Shown here piece by piece: positions 18,917 to 28,214 of a DNA stretch of 64,000 bases. The stretch covers positions 544,001 through 608,000 of the forward strand of contig OZ219750.1 of NCBI GenBank assembly GCA_964291315.2. The letters run 5' to 3'. Origin of the DNA: Candidatus Poribacteria bacterium (GTDB taxonomy: Bacteria > Poribacteria > WGA-4E > WGA-3G). Below the pieces are notes generated by a model. It saw only the letters and a list, made by a program, of their open reading frames with translations, was not told the DNA's origin and did not search any database. A program made the translations under genes and the position numbers. Positions within the stretch are counted from its first letter, which is position 1; each line of letters begins with the position of its first letter.

Positions 18917-20875
18917 ATGATTATCTTTCTACGTGAGAAATTTATTGCACAAATCTTTATGTGGGTAATTGCCATTGTGTTTTTAGTAGGAACCGTGTTC
19001 CTCTATAGCAACACGCAAGGCGGAGGCGAGGGCCCGGAAGGGGAAGTTGTTCTCAGGCTTGATGGGGCTGAAGTCAAACGGGGCGAGTTCGAAAACGCAG
19101 TCGCTAATGTTATGGAATCTCAGAGGCAGAATCAGAGATTCGGTGGTAATTCTGATAGAGAGCAGATGCAAAAATCGGTAATTGATCGTTGGGTACAACA
19201 GACGATTCTTGGAAGTGTAGATATCGCCGACGCGGACGTAAGACGTTACATTCGCGCCGATGCTGATCGGGTCCAGCAGTACAATCTTTCCGAACAATTC
19301 GGAGCTGCGGCCCTCTATACCGAGAATATCCGTCTACAACTCAGTTCTACTACACTCCTGGACAGTGTTCACTCTCTGGAATTGGTAACCGACACTGAAG
19401 CCGAGCAAGCATATCGACTTGAATCTGATAAAGCGAAAGTCAAGTTTATCGAATTTAAACATAGCGATTATACCTCAGCAGCCGTTGTTGATGATGCTGA
19501 AGCAGAAGTCTACTATGAGAAAAACGGGGAAAAGTATAAATCTGAGGAACAGGTAAACGTCAAGTTTATCAGGGTAAATCCTGCTGATTTTGTTTTAGAT
19601 TCAGATGTCGAGGCATATTATGAGGAAAATAAATCAGCATTTCTCACTCTTGAGGCTGTCAAGGCTCGCCATATTCTAAAGAAGTTTCCTAAAGAGGCAA
19701 CTGACGAACAGAAGGCGGAGGTTAAGGCGGCTGCGGAAGAATTGTTTAAAACCGTCAACGCGGAACTTGCAGCAGGGGCGGATTTCGCTGAACTCGCGAA
19801 AACACACTCGGAGGGCACTTCCGCAGCAATCGGCGGTGCATTAAAAGGGGCAAATCCAAAACTTCCTGCTGGGGACTATTTCGCACGCGGTGAAATGGTG
19901 AAACCCTTCGAAGATGCTGCATTTGATACATTGGCACCCGGAGAGGTGAGCGACTTGGTCGAAACGGAATTCGGATATCATATAATTAAATTGGAAGAGA
20001 AGAAGGCACCTGAAGTTCAACCTTTCGCTCAAGTTCAATATGAAATCCGACAGAAGTTGATTCAAGTTAGTGGTGTCGACGAGGCCAAAAGGATCGCTGA
20101 CGATCTGTTGTACGAAGTCGAGATTCAGGATTATGACGCTGCACTTACAAGCGAAGACTATAAGGTTCACGCACTTACTGTTTTAGAAACAGGGTTTTTC
20201 AGTCGTAACGTTACAACTATACCCCAAATTGGCGCAAGGTGGGGGTATGAGGGGTTAATCCAAGAAGTCTTTGATATGGAAGTCAATGTGATAAAGGTCA
20301 TTGAGGTGAAGGGGAGAACCGGTGAGGTAGAAGCCTACTTTGTTGCAACTGTCTTGGAAAAGAAACCAGCTGCTATTCCACCATTCGCTGAGGTAAAAAC
20401 GGAAGTCATTGAGGCGTTGAAGGCAGAGAAGGCGGAATCACTTGCCTTGGCAGATGCTCAAAGTCTACTCGATCAACGCGCCGATGCCAATTCTTTAGGG
20501 GAATTACTAAAAAAGTATGTCCCTCCTGAAGGCTTAACAGCGGATAGGCTCTCGGTACAGGAGAGTAACCTCTTCTCGCTCACCGCGAATGACAGCTATA
20601 TTTCTGGTATGGGGAATTCCACTCAAACGATGTTTGCGGCATTTCAGATGGAGCTAGATGAAATCGGGGGACCTTTCAAAGGCGATACTTCCGCGTACAT
20701 CGTTCAACTTGTTGAGCGGCAGGAACCGGATATAGAGGCGTTTGAGGTAGATCCTGCTGAAAAAACGCAACATCTTCAGACACTCATTCAGGCTAAGAAG
20801 CGAGAAACATTTTTGAATTGGTTTGCCTCACGGAAGAAAAGCAGCGAACTCTGGATTCACCCGGATTACCGTTAG
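18917..20875 (+). CDS. PpiD/SurA-like membrane-anchored peptidyl-prolyl isomerase chaperone
   Basis: N-terminal TM; SurA_N-like region; parvulin motifs VKARHIL, FAELAKTHS, MVKPFEDAAF, VETEFGYHIIK. Confidence 0.85.
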   Translation: MIIFLREKFIAQIFMWVIAIVFLVGTVFLYSNTQGGGEGPEGEVVLRLDGAEVKRGEFENAVANVMESQRQNQRFGGNSDREQMQKSVIDRWVQQTILGSVDIADADVRRYIRADADRVQQYNLSEQFGAAALYTENIRLQLSSTTLLDSVHSLELVTDTEAEQAYRLESDKAKVKFIEFKHSDYTSAAVVDDAEAEVYYEKNGEKYKSEEQVNVKFIRVNPADFVLDSDVEAYYEENKSAFLTLEAVKARHILKKFPKEATDEQKAEVKAAAEELFKTVNAELAAGADFAELAKTHSEGTSAAIGGALKGANPKLPAGDYFARGEMVKPFEDAAFDTLAPGEVSDLVETEFGYHIIKLEEKKAPEVQPFAQVQYEIRQKLIQVSGVDEAKRIADDLLYEVEIQDYDAALTSEDYKVHALTVLETGFFSRNVTTIPQIGARWGYEGLIQEVFDMEVNVIKVIEVKGRTGEVEAYFVATVLEKKPAAIPPFAEVKTEVIEALKAEKAESLALADAQSLLDQRADANSLGELLKKYVPPEGLTADRLSVQESNLFSLTANDSYISGMGNSTQTMFAAFQMELDEIGGPFKGDTSAYIVQLVERQEPDIEAFEVDPAEKTQHLQTLIQAKKRETFLNWFASRKKSSELWIHPDYR

Positions 20876-20965
20876 ATAAAAATTCAATATCGTGATAGGT
20901 ACGATTACGTAGAGCATCTAACTTGTTGAGACGGCACTTTTTCAGGTCAAAGATAGCAAGAGTTG

Positions 20966-22033
20966 TTAACTGAGGAGTTCGTAGAAGAAGTTGCGCCGTT
21001 TGGGCGTATACCCTAACTCGGTAATAGTTCTCTCAATTTCTTCAATCGGCATGCAATAGACAGTTCCGGCCTGGCTGACAACGTTTTCCTCTATCATTGT
21101 GCCGCCCATGTCGTTTGCTCCGAACTTGAGGGAAAGCTGCCCGATCTTGGGCCCTTGGGTGACCCACGAAGACTGGAAATTGTCGAAGTTATCCAAGAAT
21201 AGTCGAGATATAGCTAGATTTTTAAGGTATTCAAAACTGCCCGCTGGCGATATATGCTCCATACGAGTATTAGCCGGCTGTAGTGACCAGCAGATGAAGG
21301 CGGTGAATCCTCCGGTGTCGTCTTGCAAGTCCCGCAAACGCATGAGGTGCTCAACGCGTTCGGCATAGCTTTCTACATGTCCGTACATCATTGTTGCACT
21401 TGACTTGAGGCCGATCGAATGTCCTTGACGCATTACTTCCAGCCATTCGTCAGCTGTACATTTTTTAGGACTAATTTCGTTACGGGCATGTTCAGTGAGA
21501 ATCTCTGCCCCGCCGCCGGGGATAGAGTCTAGCCCCGCGGCTTGTAAGCGAATGAGCGTATCTCGCAGCGGCATACGGTTTATCTTGGCGAACCAGTCCA
21601 ATTCTGGCGGTGAAAATCCGTGAATATGGATATGGTAGTTCTCTTTGATCCACCGGAGGAGGTCTTCATACCAGTCGAGCTTTAGTTTCGGGTGCAAGCC
21701 GCCCTGCATGAGAATCATCTCGCCGCCAAGATCGATGGTTTCTTGAATTTTTTTTCCAAGTTCGTCGCGTTCCATGACATAAGCATCAGGGTCTCGACGA
21801 TGCCGGTAGAACGCACAAAAATCACAATCAACGTAACACCAATTCGTATAGTTGATATTCCTATCAATAATGTAGGTGATGTAACCTTCAGGGTGTTTCC
21901 GTTGGCGGACGATTTCTGCTGCGTGCCCCAAGGCGAGGAGGTCATGGCTTTTAAAGAGGATCAGGCAGTCGTCAAAATTTAAACGTTCGCCTGCGATCGA
22001 TTTTTCGAGAATAGGTTGGATGTTCGTACCCAT
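20966..22033 (-). CDS. mqnC: Cyclic dehypoxanthine futalosine synthase (radical SAM, CofH/MqnC family)
   Basis: RNINYTNWCYVDCDFCAF CxxxCxxC motif; LDSIPGGGAEIL; GANDMGGTMIEENVV. Confidence 0.85.
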   Translation of the reverse strand: MGTNIQPILEKSIAGERLNFDDCLILFKSHDLLALGHAAEIVRQRKHPEGYITYIIDRNINYTNWCYVDCDFCAFYRHRRDPDAYVMERDELGKKIQETIDLGGEMILMQGGLHPKLKLDWYEDLLRWIKENYHIHIHGFSPPELDWFAKINRMPLRDTLIRLQAAGLDSIPGGGAEILTEHARNEISPKKCTADEWLEVMRQGHSIGLKSSATMMYGHVESYAERVEHLMRLRDLQDDTGGFTAFICWSLQPANTRMEHISPAGSFEYLKNLAISRLFLDNFDNFQSSWVTQGPKIGQLSLKFGANDMGGTMIEENVVSQAGTVYCMPIEEIERTITELGYTPKRRNFFYELLS

Positions 22034-22085
22034 TTAGAAGTTTCCTTTAGTTCATAAACATACGGATGTACAATCTAATATTTCA

Positions 22086-22161
22086 ATTTTACCATTTTGA
22101 AAGCGGATGTGTCAACTATTCTATTATTTTAATTTGACTTTTTCAAAAAATTAGGTACAAT
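22086..22161. promoter_or_regulatory. Divergent sigma70 promoters for mqnC and rpoZ
   Basis: Minus strand TTGACA(22115-22110)-18-TAAAAT; plus strand TTGACT(22134)-16-TACAAT. Confidence 0.55.
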
Positions 22162-22209
22162 ATAATAGGGCCCTTGATCTAAACTTTGCCCTTAATGAGG
22201 AGAATATCA

Positions 22210-22563
22210 ATGAGTGCAGTGGTTTATAACGAGGATTTGGTGAAAACGGTGGAAAATAAATATCTTGCAGTGAATGTGATTTCGAAACGTGCGTTAGAAA
22301 TAAATGCCGAAGGTTTACCGCTTGTTCTTTCAAACGCAGCGGACAAAAAACAGAAGTCTGTCGCTATTGCTACACAAGAATTGATTGATGGGAAGCTTAA
22401 TTATAAGCAAGATGAAACGAAAGGGTCTGTTTCCGGTCCCCAAGTGCTTTTCAATACGGATCCCCGAGGCTCGGATGATGAAGACGAGATTTTCAGTGAG
22501 GAAACCGTTCATGAAGGAGAGCAGGATCCTTTTGAGGAAGAGGAACTTGAAGAAGGCCTCTAA
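22210..22563 (+). CDS. rpoZ: RNA polymerase omega subunit with acidic C-terminal extension
   Basis: ENKYLAVNVISKRALEIN...K.VAIATQELIDGKL; GAGGAG RBS before ATG 22210. Confidence 0.8.
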   Translation: MSAVVYNEDLVKTVENKYLAVNVISKRALEINAEGLPLVLSNAADKKQKSVAIATQELIDGKLNYKQDETKGSVSGPQVLFNTDPRGSDDEDEIFSEETVHEGEQDPFEEEELEEGL

Positions 22564-22617
22564 CCTCGAATCATCGGAAAGCATTTTCAATCCGAGGGCC
22601 ACTAAATACAAAATTGC

Positions 22618-22646
22618 TTGACAACCTACGATAAAATGGATATAAT
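22618..22646 (+). promoter_or_regulatory. Consensus sigma70 promoter of the tRNA cluster
   Basis: TTGACA-17 nt-TATAAT. Confidence 0.85.
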
Positions 22647-22661
22647 TGTAGTAAAATCTCT

Positions 22662-22733
22662 GCTGACGTGGCTCAATGGTAGAGCAAGTGATTTGTAATC
22701 ACTAGGTTGGAGGTTCGATTCCTCTCGTCAGCT
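22662..22733 (+). tRNA. tRNA-Thr(TGT)
   Basis: Acceptor GCTGACG/CGTCAGC; anticodon arm AGTGA-TTTGTAA-TCACT. Confidence 0.95.
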
Positions 22734-22744
22734 TTTTATAATAT

Positions 22745-22826
22745 GGGGGTATGCTTGAGCGGTCAAAAAGGGCAGACTGTAAATCTGTTGGCTACGCCTA
22801 CGGTGGTTCGAATCCATCTGCCCCCA
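22745..22826 (+). tRNA. tRNA-Tyr(GTA)
   Basis: Acceptor GGGGGTA/TGCCCCC; GCAGA-CTGTAAA-TCTGT; long variable arm. Confidence 0.95.
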
Positions 22827-22870
22827 TTTGCTACCCTACTATATGAAAGTAGCAGGATTGTTGAGCTTAT

Positions 22871-22943
22871 GCGGGAGTAGCTCAGCTGGTAGAGCATTGG
22901 CCTTCCAAGCCATGTGTCGCGGGTTCAAGTCCCGTCTCCCGCT
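22871..22943 (+). tRNA. tRNA-Gly(TCC)
   Basis: Acceptor GCGGGAG/CTCCCGC; loop CTTCCAA. Confidence 0.95.
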
Positions 22944-22963
22944 TGTTGGTATTTTTTAGTTGT

Positions 22964-23039
<76 letters not shown>

Positions 23040-23065
23040 CTCACTGAAAGTAGAGCGTTTATATT

Positions 23066-23218
23066 ATGCCAAGAGACATTGTAACATTAGCATGTGATGC
23101 GTGCAATCGACGAAATTATGTGACAACTCGCAACCGTCGAACAAATCAGAGTCGGTATGAACGGAAGAAGTTTTGTCGGTTCTGTCGTAAGCATACGGCC
23201 CATAAAGAGACACGCTAA
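23066..23218 (+). CDS. rpmG: 50S ribosomal protein L33 (zinc-ribbon form), absent from the ORF track
   Basis: MPRDIVTLACDACNRRNYVTTRNRRTNQSRYERKKFCRFCRKHTAHKETR*. Confidence 0.95.
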   Translation: MPRDIVTLACDACNRRNYVTTRNRRTNQSRYERKKFCRFCRKHTAHKETR

Positions 23219-23286
23219 CTTCTTAATAGGCCTTGCTCGTGAAATTTTATCGTTGAAACTTGTGTATTGTCCTACGGAATTCTTGC

Positions 23287-23360
23287 AGGCCAGTAGCTCC
23301 AACGGCTAGAGCGTCGGTCTCCAAAACCGAATGTTGGGGGTTCGAATCCCTCCTGGCCTG
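23287..23360 (+). tRNA. tRNA-Trp(CCA)
   Basis: Acceptor AGGCCAG/CTGGCCT; TCGGT-CTCCAAA-ACCGA. Confidence 0.95.
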
Positions 23361-23370
23361 CCTTTTAATT

Positions 23371-23808
23371 ATGATAACTCGTTTAAAAAAATACATTCAG
23401 GGAATTAGTCTTGAGTGGCAGAAGGTATCTAAACCTGATATGAAAGAGGTTCAGGGCAGCACCTTGACTGTCATTGTCGCCTCTGCTCTCTTAGGGCTTT
23501 TCATCGGTATAGTGGATGGTAACTCCTCTTTTCCTGAATGGCGTAGACCGTTAGGTTTAATTGTGTTGATAGCGCTTCCAATAGCCACCTTTATCTTTGT
23601 AAAGAGCTGGGAAAACCAACCTCAAAGTGCTAGAGCAGCAAAAACTGCCTCTGATGTCTCGTTTTTCGGAAATGAACGAAACCGAAAGTTGATAGCAACG
23701 GCAATAGCGGCTATTCCTTTAGTTGCCGTCCTTGTGAGTCAGTATCTCTTGGACACTTCTCTTGAAGGTTTCGGTATGGCTTTTCTCAGAACTCTCTTTA
23801 TTCGCTAA
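23371..23808 (+). CDS. secE: Preprotein translocase SecE with C-terminal extension
   Basis: YIQGISLEWQKVSKPDMKEV..STLTVIV..LFIGIVD; located between trnW and nusG; start at ATG 23371, after the tRNA. Confidence 0.85.
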   Translation: MITRLKKYIQGISLEWQKVSKPDMKEVQGSTLTVIVASALLGLFIGIVDGNSSFPEWRRPLGLIVLIALPIATFIFVKSWENQPQSARAAKTASDVSFFGNERNRKLIATAIAAIPLVAVLVSQYLLDTSLEGFGMAFLRTLFIR

Positions 23809-23844
23809 CAACTTTGAGTTTTTACCGCTACAATTGACGTAATC

Positions 23845-24426
23845 GTGAATCAGAATATGGATGGATACTGGTACGTTGTTCAGATATATACAGGGCATGA
23901 GAAAAAGGTTAAACTCAGTCTTGACAACCTGATTGTACGAGAAGAGTTGCAGGACGAAATCTTACAGGTTAATGTTCCCGAAACCGAAGTGGTGGAGGTA
24001 AAAGATAGTCAACGTAAGGTTAGCGTCCGACCTTCCTACCCAGGGTATGTTCTTATTAATACCACCCACGAGCTGGGGCCACATGTTGATAGCCAGATAG
24101 GTCAGAAAAGTTGGTCACTCATACAAGAGACCCCAGGAATTATGAACTTCTTAGGCCCCCCTGGGCACCCATCGCCGTTGAGCCCTGAGGATGTTGAGGC
24201 GATGTTGCAAATGTCTACCGAAGAAGAAGTACTGCCAACCCCGCTGATTGAATATGAAGTTGGGGATAAGGTGAAAGTTATTAACGGTCCTTTCAGTGGG
24301 TTTCCGGGTGAAATTGAAGAAGTTGATATCGTGCATCACCGGTTACGTCTCAGTATTTCGCTTTTCGGGCGCTCCACCTCTGTTGATTTAGGGATGCTTG
24401 AAGTTGAACAATTGAACTCAAACTAA
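23845..24426 (+). CDS. nusG: Transcription termination/antitermination factor NusG
   Basis: WYVVQIYTGHEKKV, YPGYVL, KOW motif GDKVKVINGPFSGF, SLFGRST. Confidence 0.95.
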   Translation: MNQNMDGYWYVVQIYTGHEKKVKLSLDNLIVREELQDEILQVNVPETEVVEVKDSQRKVSVRPSYPGYVLINTTHELGPHVDSQIGQKSWSLIQETPGIMNFLGPPGHPSPLSPEDVEAMLQMSTEEEVLPTPLIEYEVGDKVKVINGPFSGFPGEIEEVDIVHHRLRLSISLFGRSTSVDLGMLEVEQLNSN

Positions 24427-24483
24427 ATAGTGTTTTCTCACAGGCGCACCATAGAATTCACAACATCTAAGACAGGAAAAATA

Positions 24484-24906
24484 ATGGCAAAAAAAGTTGC
24501 AGGTGAAGTTAAACTCCAATTGGTATCCGGACAGGCAACACCACAGCCCCCTGTTGGGCCGAGTCTCGCTCCCTATATGATTAATCTACAGGAGTTTATT
24601 AAATCTTTTAACGCCCAGACGCAGGATCAAACCGGGATGGTGGTCACAACTGTCGTCACTTGTTATAGTGATAGATCGTTTATGTTCACTGTAAAATCGC
24701 CGCCCGCTGCAATCTTATTAAAATCTGCGGCAAAGATTGCTAAAGGTTCAGGTGAACCGAATCGAAACAAGGTTGCCTCGGTCACAATGGAACAGATTCG
24801 CGAGATTGCACAAACGAAATTGCCTGATTTGAATACCACAGACTTAGACGCTGCACTGCGAATGGTAGAAGGTACTGCCCGCAGTATGGGGTTAACTATT
24901 GAATAG
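24484..24906 (+). CDS. rplK: 50S ribosomal protein L11
   Basis: MAKKV..VKLQL..GQATPQPPVGPSL; GTARSMG. Confidence 0.96.
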   Translation: MAKKVAGEVKLQLVSGQATPQPPVGPSLAPYMINLQEFIKSFNAQTQDQTGMVVTTVVTCYSDRSFMFTVKSPPAAILLKSAAKIAKGSGEPNRNKVASVTMEQIREIAQTKLPDLNTTDLDAALRMVEGTARSMGLTIE

Positions 24907-24992
24907 CGTGTTTTAGGACGCACGAATTATGTAAAGAACTCGCTTTAAAACCGGACATATGGTAGAGAACGTCGTAATTATCGGAGAATGAT

Positions 24993-25691
24993 ATGGCGAA
25001 AAAAGGTAAGCGGTACAGAGAATTTAAAGAGCAGGTAGACAGACTCAAACTATACACGATTAATGAAGCTGTTTCACTTGTGAAAAAAACTAGTACAGCA
25101 AAATTTGATGAGACAGTGGATTTAGCATCGCGCCTCGGTGTGGACGCACGACAAGCAGACCAGAATATCCGCGGCACCGTAACACTACCTTACGGGACAG
25201 GTAAGTCTGTCCGGGTTGTCGTCTTTGCCCAAGGTGATCTAGCACGGCAGGCTGAGGAGGCTGGCGCGGATTTTATCGGAACAGACGAATTAGTGGATAA
25301 AATCGTTGATGGATGGCTTGGCTTTGACGCTGCAATCGCAACACCTGATTTAATGCGGAGCATTATGCCAAAACTTGGGCGTATTCTTGGCCCGAGAGGT
25401 TTGATGCCTAACGCCAAGGCGGGCACCGTCACAATGGATGTCGGCGATGCCATCGAGAATATCAAAGCCGGACAGATCGAATATAGGATAGAACGTTCCT
25501 CCGGCATTGTTCATGTTCCAATCGGCAAGGTTTCTTTCGAAGAAGAAAACATTAAAGGAAATCTCAACGCTGTGATGAGTGCCCTGGTTGCGGCTCGCCC
25601 TTCTGTGGTAAAAGGTAGATATATTCGGAGCGTGGCAATCTCATCCACAATGGGGGCCGGTATCCGGATAGATCCGCAGCAGTTTGTGTAA
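24993..25691 (+). CDS. rplA: 50S ribosomal protein L1
   Basis: KFDETVD; LGRILGPRGLMPN; SSTMGAG. Confidence 0.97.
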   Translation: MAKKGKRYREFKEQVDRLKLYTINEAVSLVKKTSTAKFDETVDLASRLGVDARQADQNIRGTVTLPYGTGKSVRVVVFAQGDLARQAEEAGADFIGTDELVDKIVDGWLGFDAAIATPDLMRSIMPKLGRILGPRGLMPNAKAGTVTMDVGDAIENIKAGQIEYRIERSSGIVHVPIGKVSFEEENIKGNLNAVMSALVAARPSVVKGRYIRSVAISSTMGAGIRIDPQQFV

Positions 25692-25740
25692 GATCTACAA
25701 AAAGTTGAGACTATATCGAATATATTTCTATAACTGAAGA

Positions 25741-25895
25741 GTCGTAGACTGTAGGGGCCGCTGGCTTAATTACCTGCTGAGGCTTGAGTCGGATAGAGAC
25801 AATATAACGTTTCCTTTCTATATTGTTTGTGAAACTTCTGTGTTCGTCTTTTTCCCTCTTTGATGTAAGCCTCCAGCATTCTGGGGGCTTTTTAC
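25741..25895 (+). promoter_or_regulatory. Ribosomal protein L10 leader (autoregulatory attenuator)
   Basis: CGTAGACTGTAGG..GCTTAATTACCTGCTGAGG matches the L10-leader core; GAGGCTT can pair with AAGCCTC of the downstream terminator AAGCCTCCAG-CATT-CTGGGGGCTTTTT. Confidence 0.8.
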
Positions 25896-25985
25896 ATGTA
25901 ATTATATGTTCATTTGAATAGTTTGTGCGGAATTAAGAAACCATGCCACAACCGTTATACAACGAAAATGGAAAGGAGCTGACAC

Positions 25986-26552
25986 ATGCCCAACCAGGCA
26001 AACGTTCAGCAAGTAGAACAAATTCGAGCACTTTTTGATAGTGCAGATGTTGTTCTTTTAGCAGATTTTCAAGGACTTACTGTTGCAGAGGTGAATGAAC
26101 TTCGGAATCAGCTTCGTGCAGAAGGAATTGGGTATAAAGTCTGTAAGAATACATTAATAAACGTCGTTGCACAAGAGAGGGGTATTCAGGGGCTAGAGCC
26201 TTATCTGAAGGGAAACACAGCCCTCGCCACGAGTACAGATCCGGCGGCATCGTCAAAAATTTTACTCAACTTTGTTAAAGATCATGAGAATTTTCAGGTT
26301 AAAGGGGGGATTCTTGGGAAGCGAGTGATTGACGCGGCTGGCGTTGAAACCCTTCAACATATGCCTTCACGGGAAGTTATGATAGCTCACACCGTTGGGG
26401 CTATTAGCGCCCCCCTCACCGGACTTGTGAACACCTTACATCAAGGTTCACCGATTATGGGTATGATAAATGTACTCAGTGGAACGATACGTCAGGTAAC
26501 CTCTGTGCTAACACAGGTTGCCGATCAAAAGAAAGAGGCGGGCGCTGCCTAA
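25986..26552 (+). CDS. rplJ: 50S ribosomal protein L10
   Basis: ADFQGLTVAEVNELR; KVCKNTL; located before rplL. Confidence 0.95.
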   Translation: MPNQANVQQVEQIRALFDSADVVLLADFQGLTVAEVNELRNQLRAEGIGYKVCKNTLINVVAQERGIQGLEPYLKGNTALATSTDPAASSKILLNFVKDHENFQVKGGILGKRVIDAAGVETLQHMPSREVMIAHTVGAISAPLTGLVNTLHQGSPIMGMINVLSGTIRQVTSVLTQVADQKKEAGAA

Positions 26553-26681
26553 TCCGAGAGCGCACCGCACCTATGGTAAATATCGCGCGGAAACTGGATC
26601 ATGAAAACGTGATCCCGCGTTGTTTGATTTGATAACCTTTCACCAAGTTAATTTGGTGCTATTTACAGAGAGGATACAAAA

Positions 26682-27083
26682 ATGTCCGCAGATTTGGAAA
26701 AAATGATTGATGAGATTAGTAATATGACTGTTTTGGAGCTTTCCGAATTGGTCAAAGCGTTGGAAGATAAATTTGGTGTCAGTGCGTCAGCCGCTCCAGC
26801 ATTTGCTATGCCGGGGATGATGCCTGCTGCAGCTGCTCCGGGCGCGGAAGAAGCTGCTGAGCCGGAAGAGAAAACGGAATTTGACGTTCAACTCAAAGAT
26901 TTTGGTGGAAAGAAAATTCCGGTTATCAAAGAGGTTCGTGCTATTACTGGGCTCGGCTTGAAAGAGGCTAAAGAGAGGGTCGAATCCGTGCCCGTTGTCA
27001 TTCAGGAAGGTGTCTCCAAAGAAGATGCCGAAAAAACAAAGGAACAGCTCGAAGCACTCGGCGCTACAGTCGAGATTCTCTAA
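26682..27083 (+). CDS. rplL: 50S ribosomal protein L7/L12
   Basis: [18 protein letters not shown]; EEKTEFDV; [15 protein letters not shown]. Confidence 0.97.
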   Translation: MSADLEKMIDEISNMTVLELSELVKALEDKFGVSASAAPAFAMPGMMPAAAAPGAEEAAEPEEKTEFDVQLKDFGGKKIPVIKEVRAITGLGLKEAKERVESVPVVIQEGVSKEDAEKTKEQLEALGATVEIL

Positions 27084-27128
27084 GTCTATACGTACAGACC
27101 TTGTGTGCTAAAACTGCACATAACAGGC

Positions 27129-27204
27129 AAACCCATTATGGTTCTTCAGCATGGCGATGCACAAATCCATCGTGCTACGGCGAGCTATAATGGGTTTCGT
27201 TTTT
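27129..27204 (+). terminator. Long hairpin with U-rich tail after rplL
   Basis: AAACCCATTATGGTTC/GAGCTATAATGGGTTT stem, then CGTTTTT. Confidence 0.55.
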
Positions 27205-27275
27205 CGTAATAAGTAAACTCTTCAAGTGTAGGCATAATTTAGACGGTGCTTACCTGAAATTATCAATCTGCTCAA

Positions 27276-28118
27276 ATGTTCAGTATAATCGACGTTTTTT
27301 ACCTTGTTTTCAGCCAGCTGGCTGTTGGGGGGTTTGTCCTCCTTTTCTTAATACCAAACAGGTTAGTAGGTGCAAACTTCTATCGCTTGATGGGGGGGAT
27401 CTACCTACTTGTTATCAGTTTGGCGCGCTGTGCAAACCTTGCCCTTTATGAGCAGCCTGTCACATTTCTTAACTTTTTTCGATATTGGCAGAACCCTGAA
27501 TCCATTTCTCTCGTTATTTTTTTTCTCATTGTATTTATTTATACATTGGTTTGGTTTTTCAAGATACCTGTTCTCACGCGGATTCTTTTTTCTGGAGGCG
27601 TAATTTCCGGGGTAGCATTGATTGTTTTGAGTGCCCAACGCTACCTTCAGCTTATTCAAATCCCTGGGACAATGTTTCTGGTACCGCTTCAGTTCTCAGT
27701 GGCGGCGGCTCTGCTTGGTGTTGTTCACACTGGCATGTGGTTCGGACACTGGTATCTAGTGGTGCCGGATTTACCCGTGATCTACCTGAAGAGATATAAT
27801 ACCGTCTTGCTTTATACCGTTTTAAGTATGGCACTTCTACTCTGTCTGAATCTCTTCTTCAGACAACGAGCTACAAATATTGTTTCTTTTAATCTCTTTT
27901 ATCAGATTATTTTCAGTATGCGGCTTCTCATAGGTATCGGTGGGACGCTATTTCTCTATTTTATTATATGGGATTGCTTACGCCCTAAATCCGTCGCTCG
28001 CGATGAACTTGGCGCGACCCGTGCTGCGACTGGCTTCCTTTTCATTGCTATTATCACGGTTTTCCTTGGTGAGTTCTGCAGTCGGTTGTTGTTTTTAGAG
28101 ATGCGGTTTATCCTCTAA
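27276..28118 (+). CDS. Polytopic membrane protein of unknown function
   Basis: About 8 hydrophobic segments; GMWFGHWYLV and RAATGFLFIA motifs. Confidence 0.7.
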   Translation: MFSIIDVFYLVFSQLAVGGFVLLFLIPNRLVGANFYRLMGGIYLLVISLARCANLALYEQPVTFLNFFRYWQNPESISLVIFFLIVFIYTLVWFFKIPVLTRILFSGGVISGVALIVLSAQRYLQLIQIPGTMFLVPLQFSVAAALLGVVHTGMWFGHWYLVVPDLPVIYLKRYNTVLLYTVLSMALLLCLNLFFRQRATNIVSFNLFYQIIFSMRLLIGIGGTLFLYFIIWDCLRPKSVARDELGATRAATGFLFIAIITVFLGEFCSRLLFLEMRFIL

Positions 28119-28214
28119 TTAATTCTTGTACTCTATATAGAATTTCATTGTAATTTAAATTGAAATATGTTAAAATAATAATATGTGTTATAAGTTTTAA
28201 GGAGGCATACCGTA

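Noticed and set aside
23260-23370. N-terminal extension of SecE in the ORF track
   Set aside because: Overlaps tRNA-Trp.
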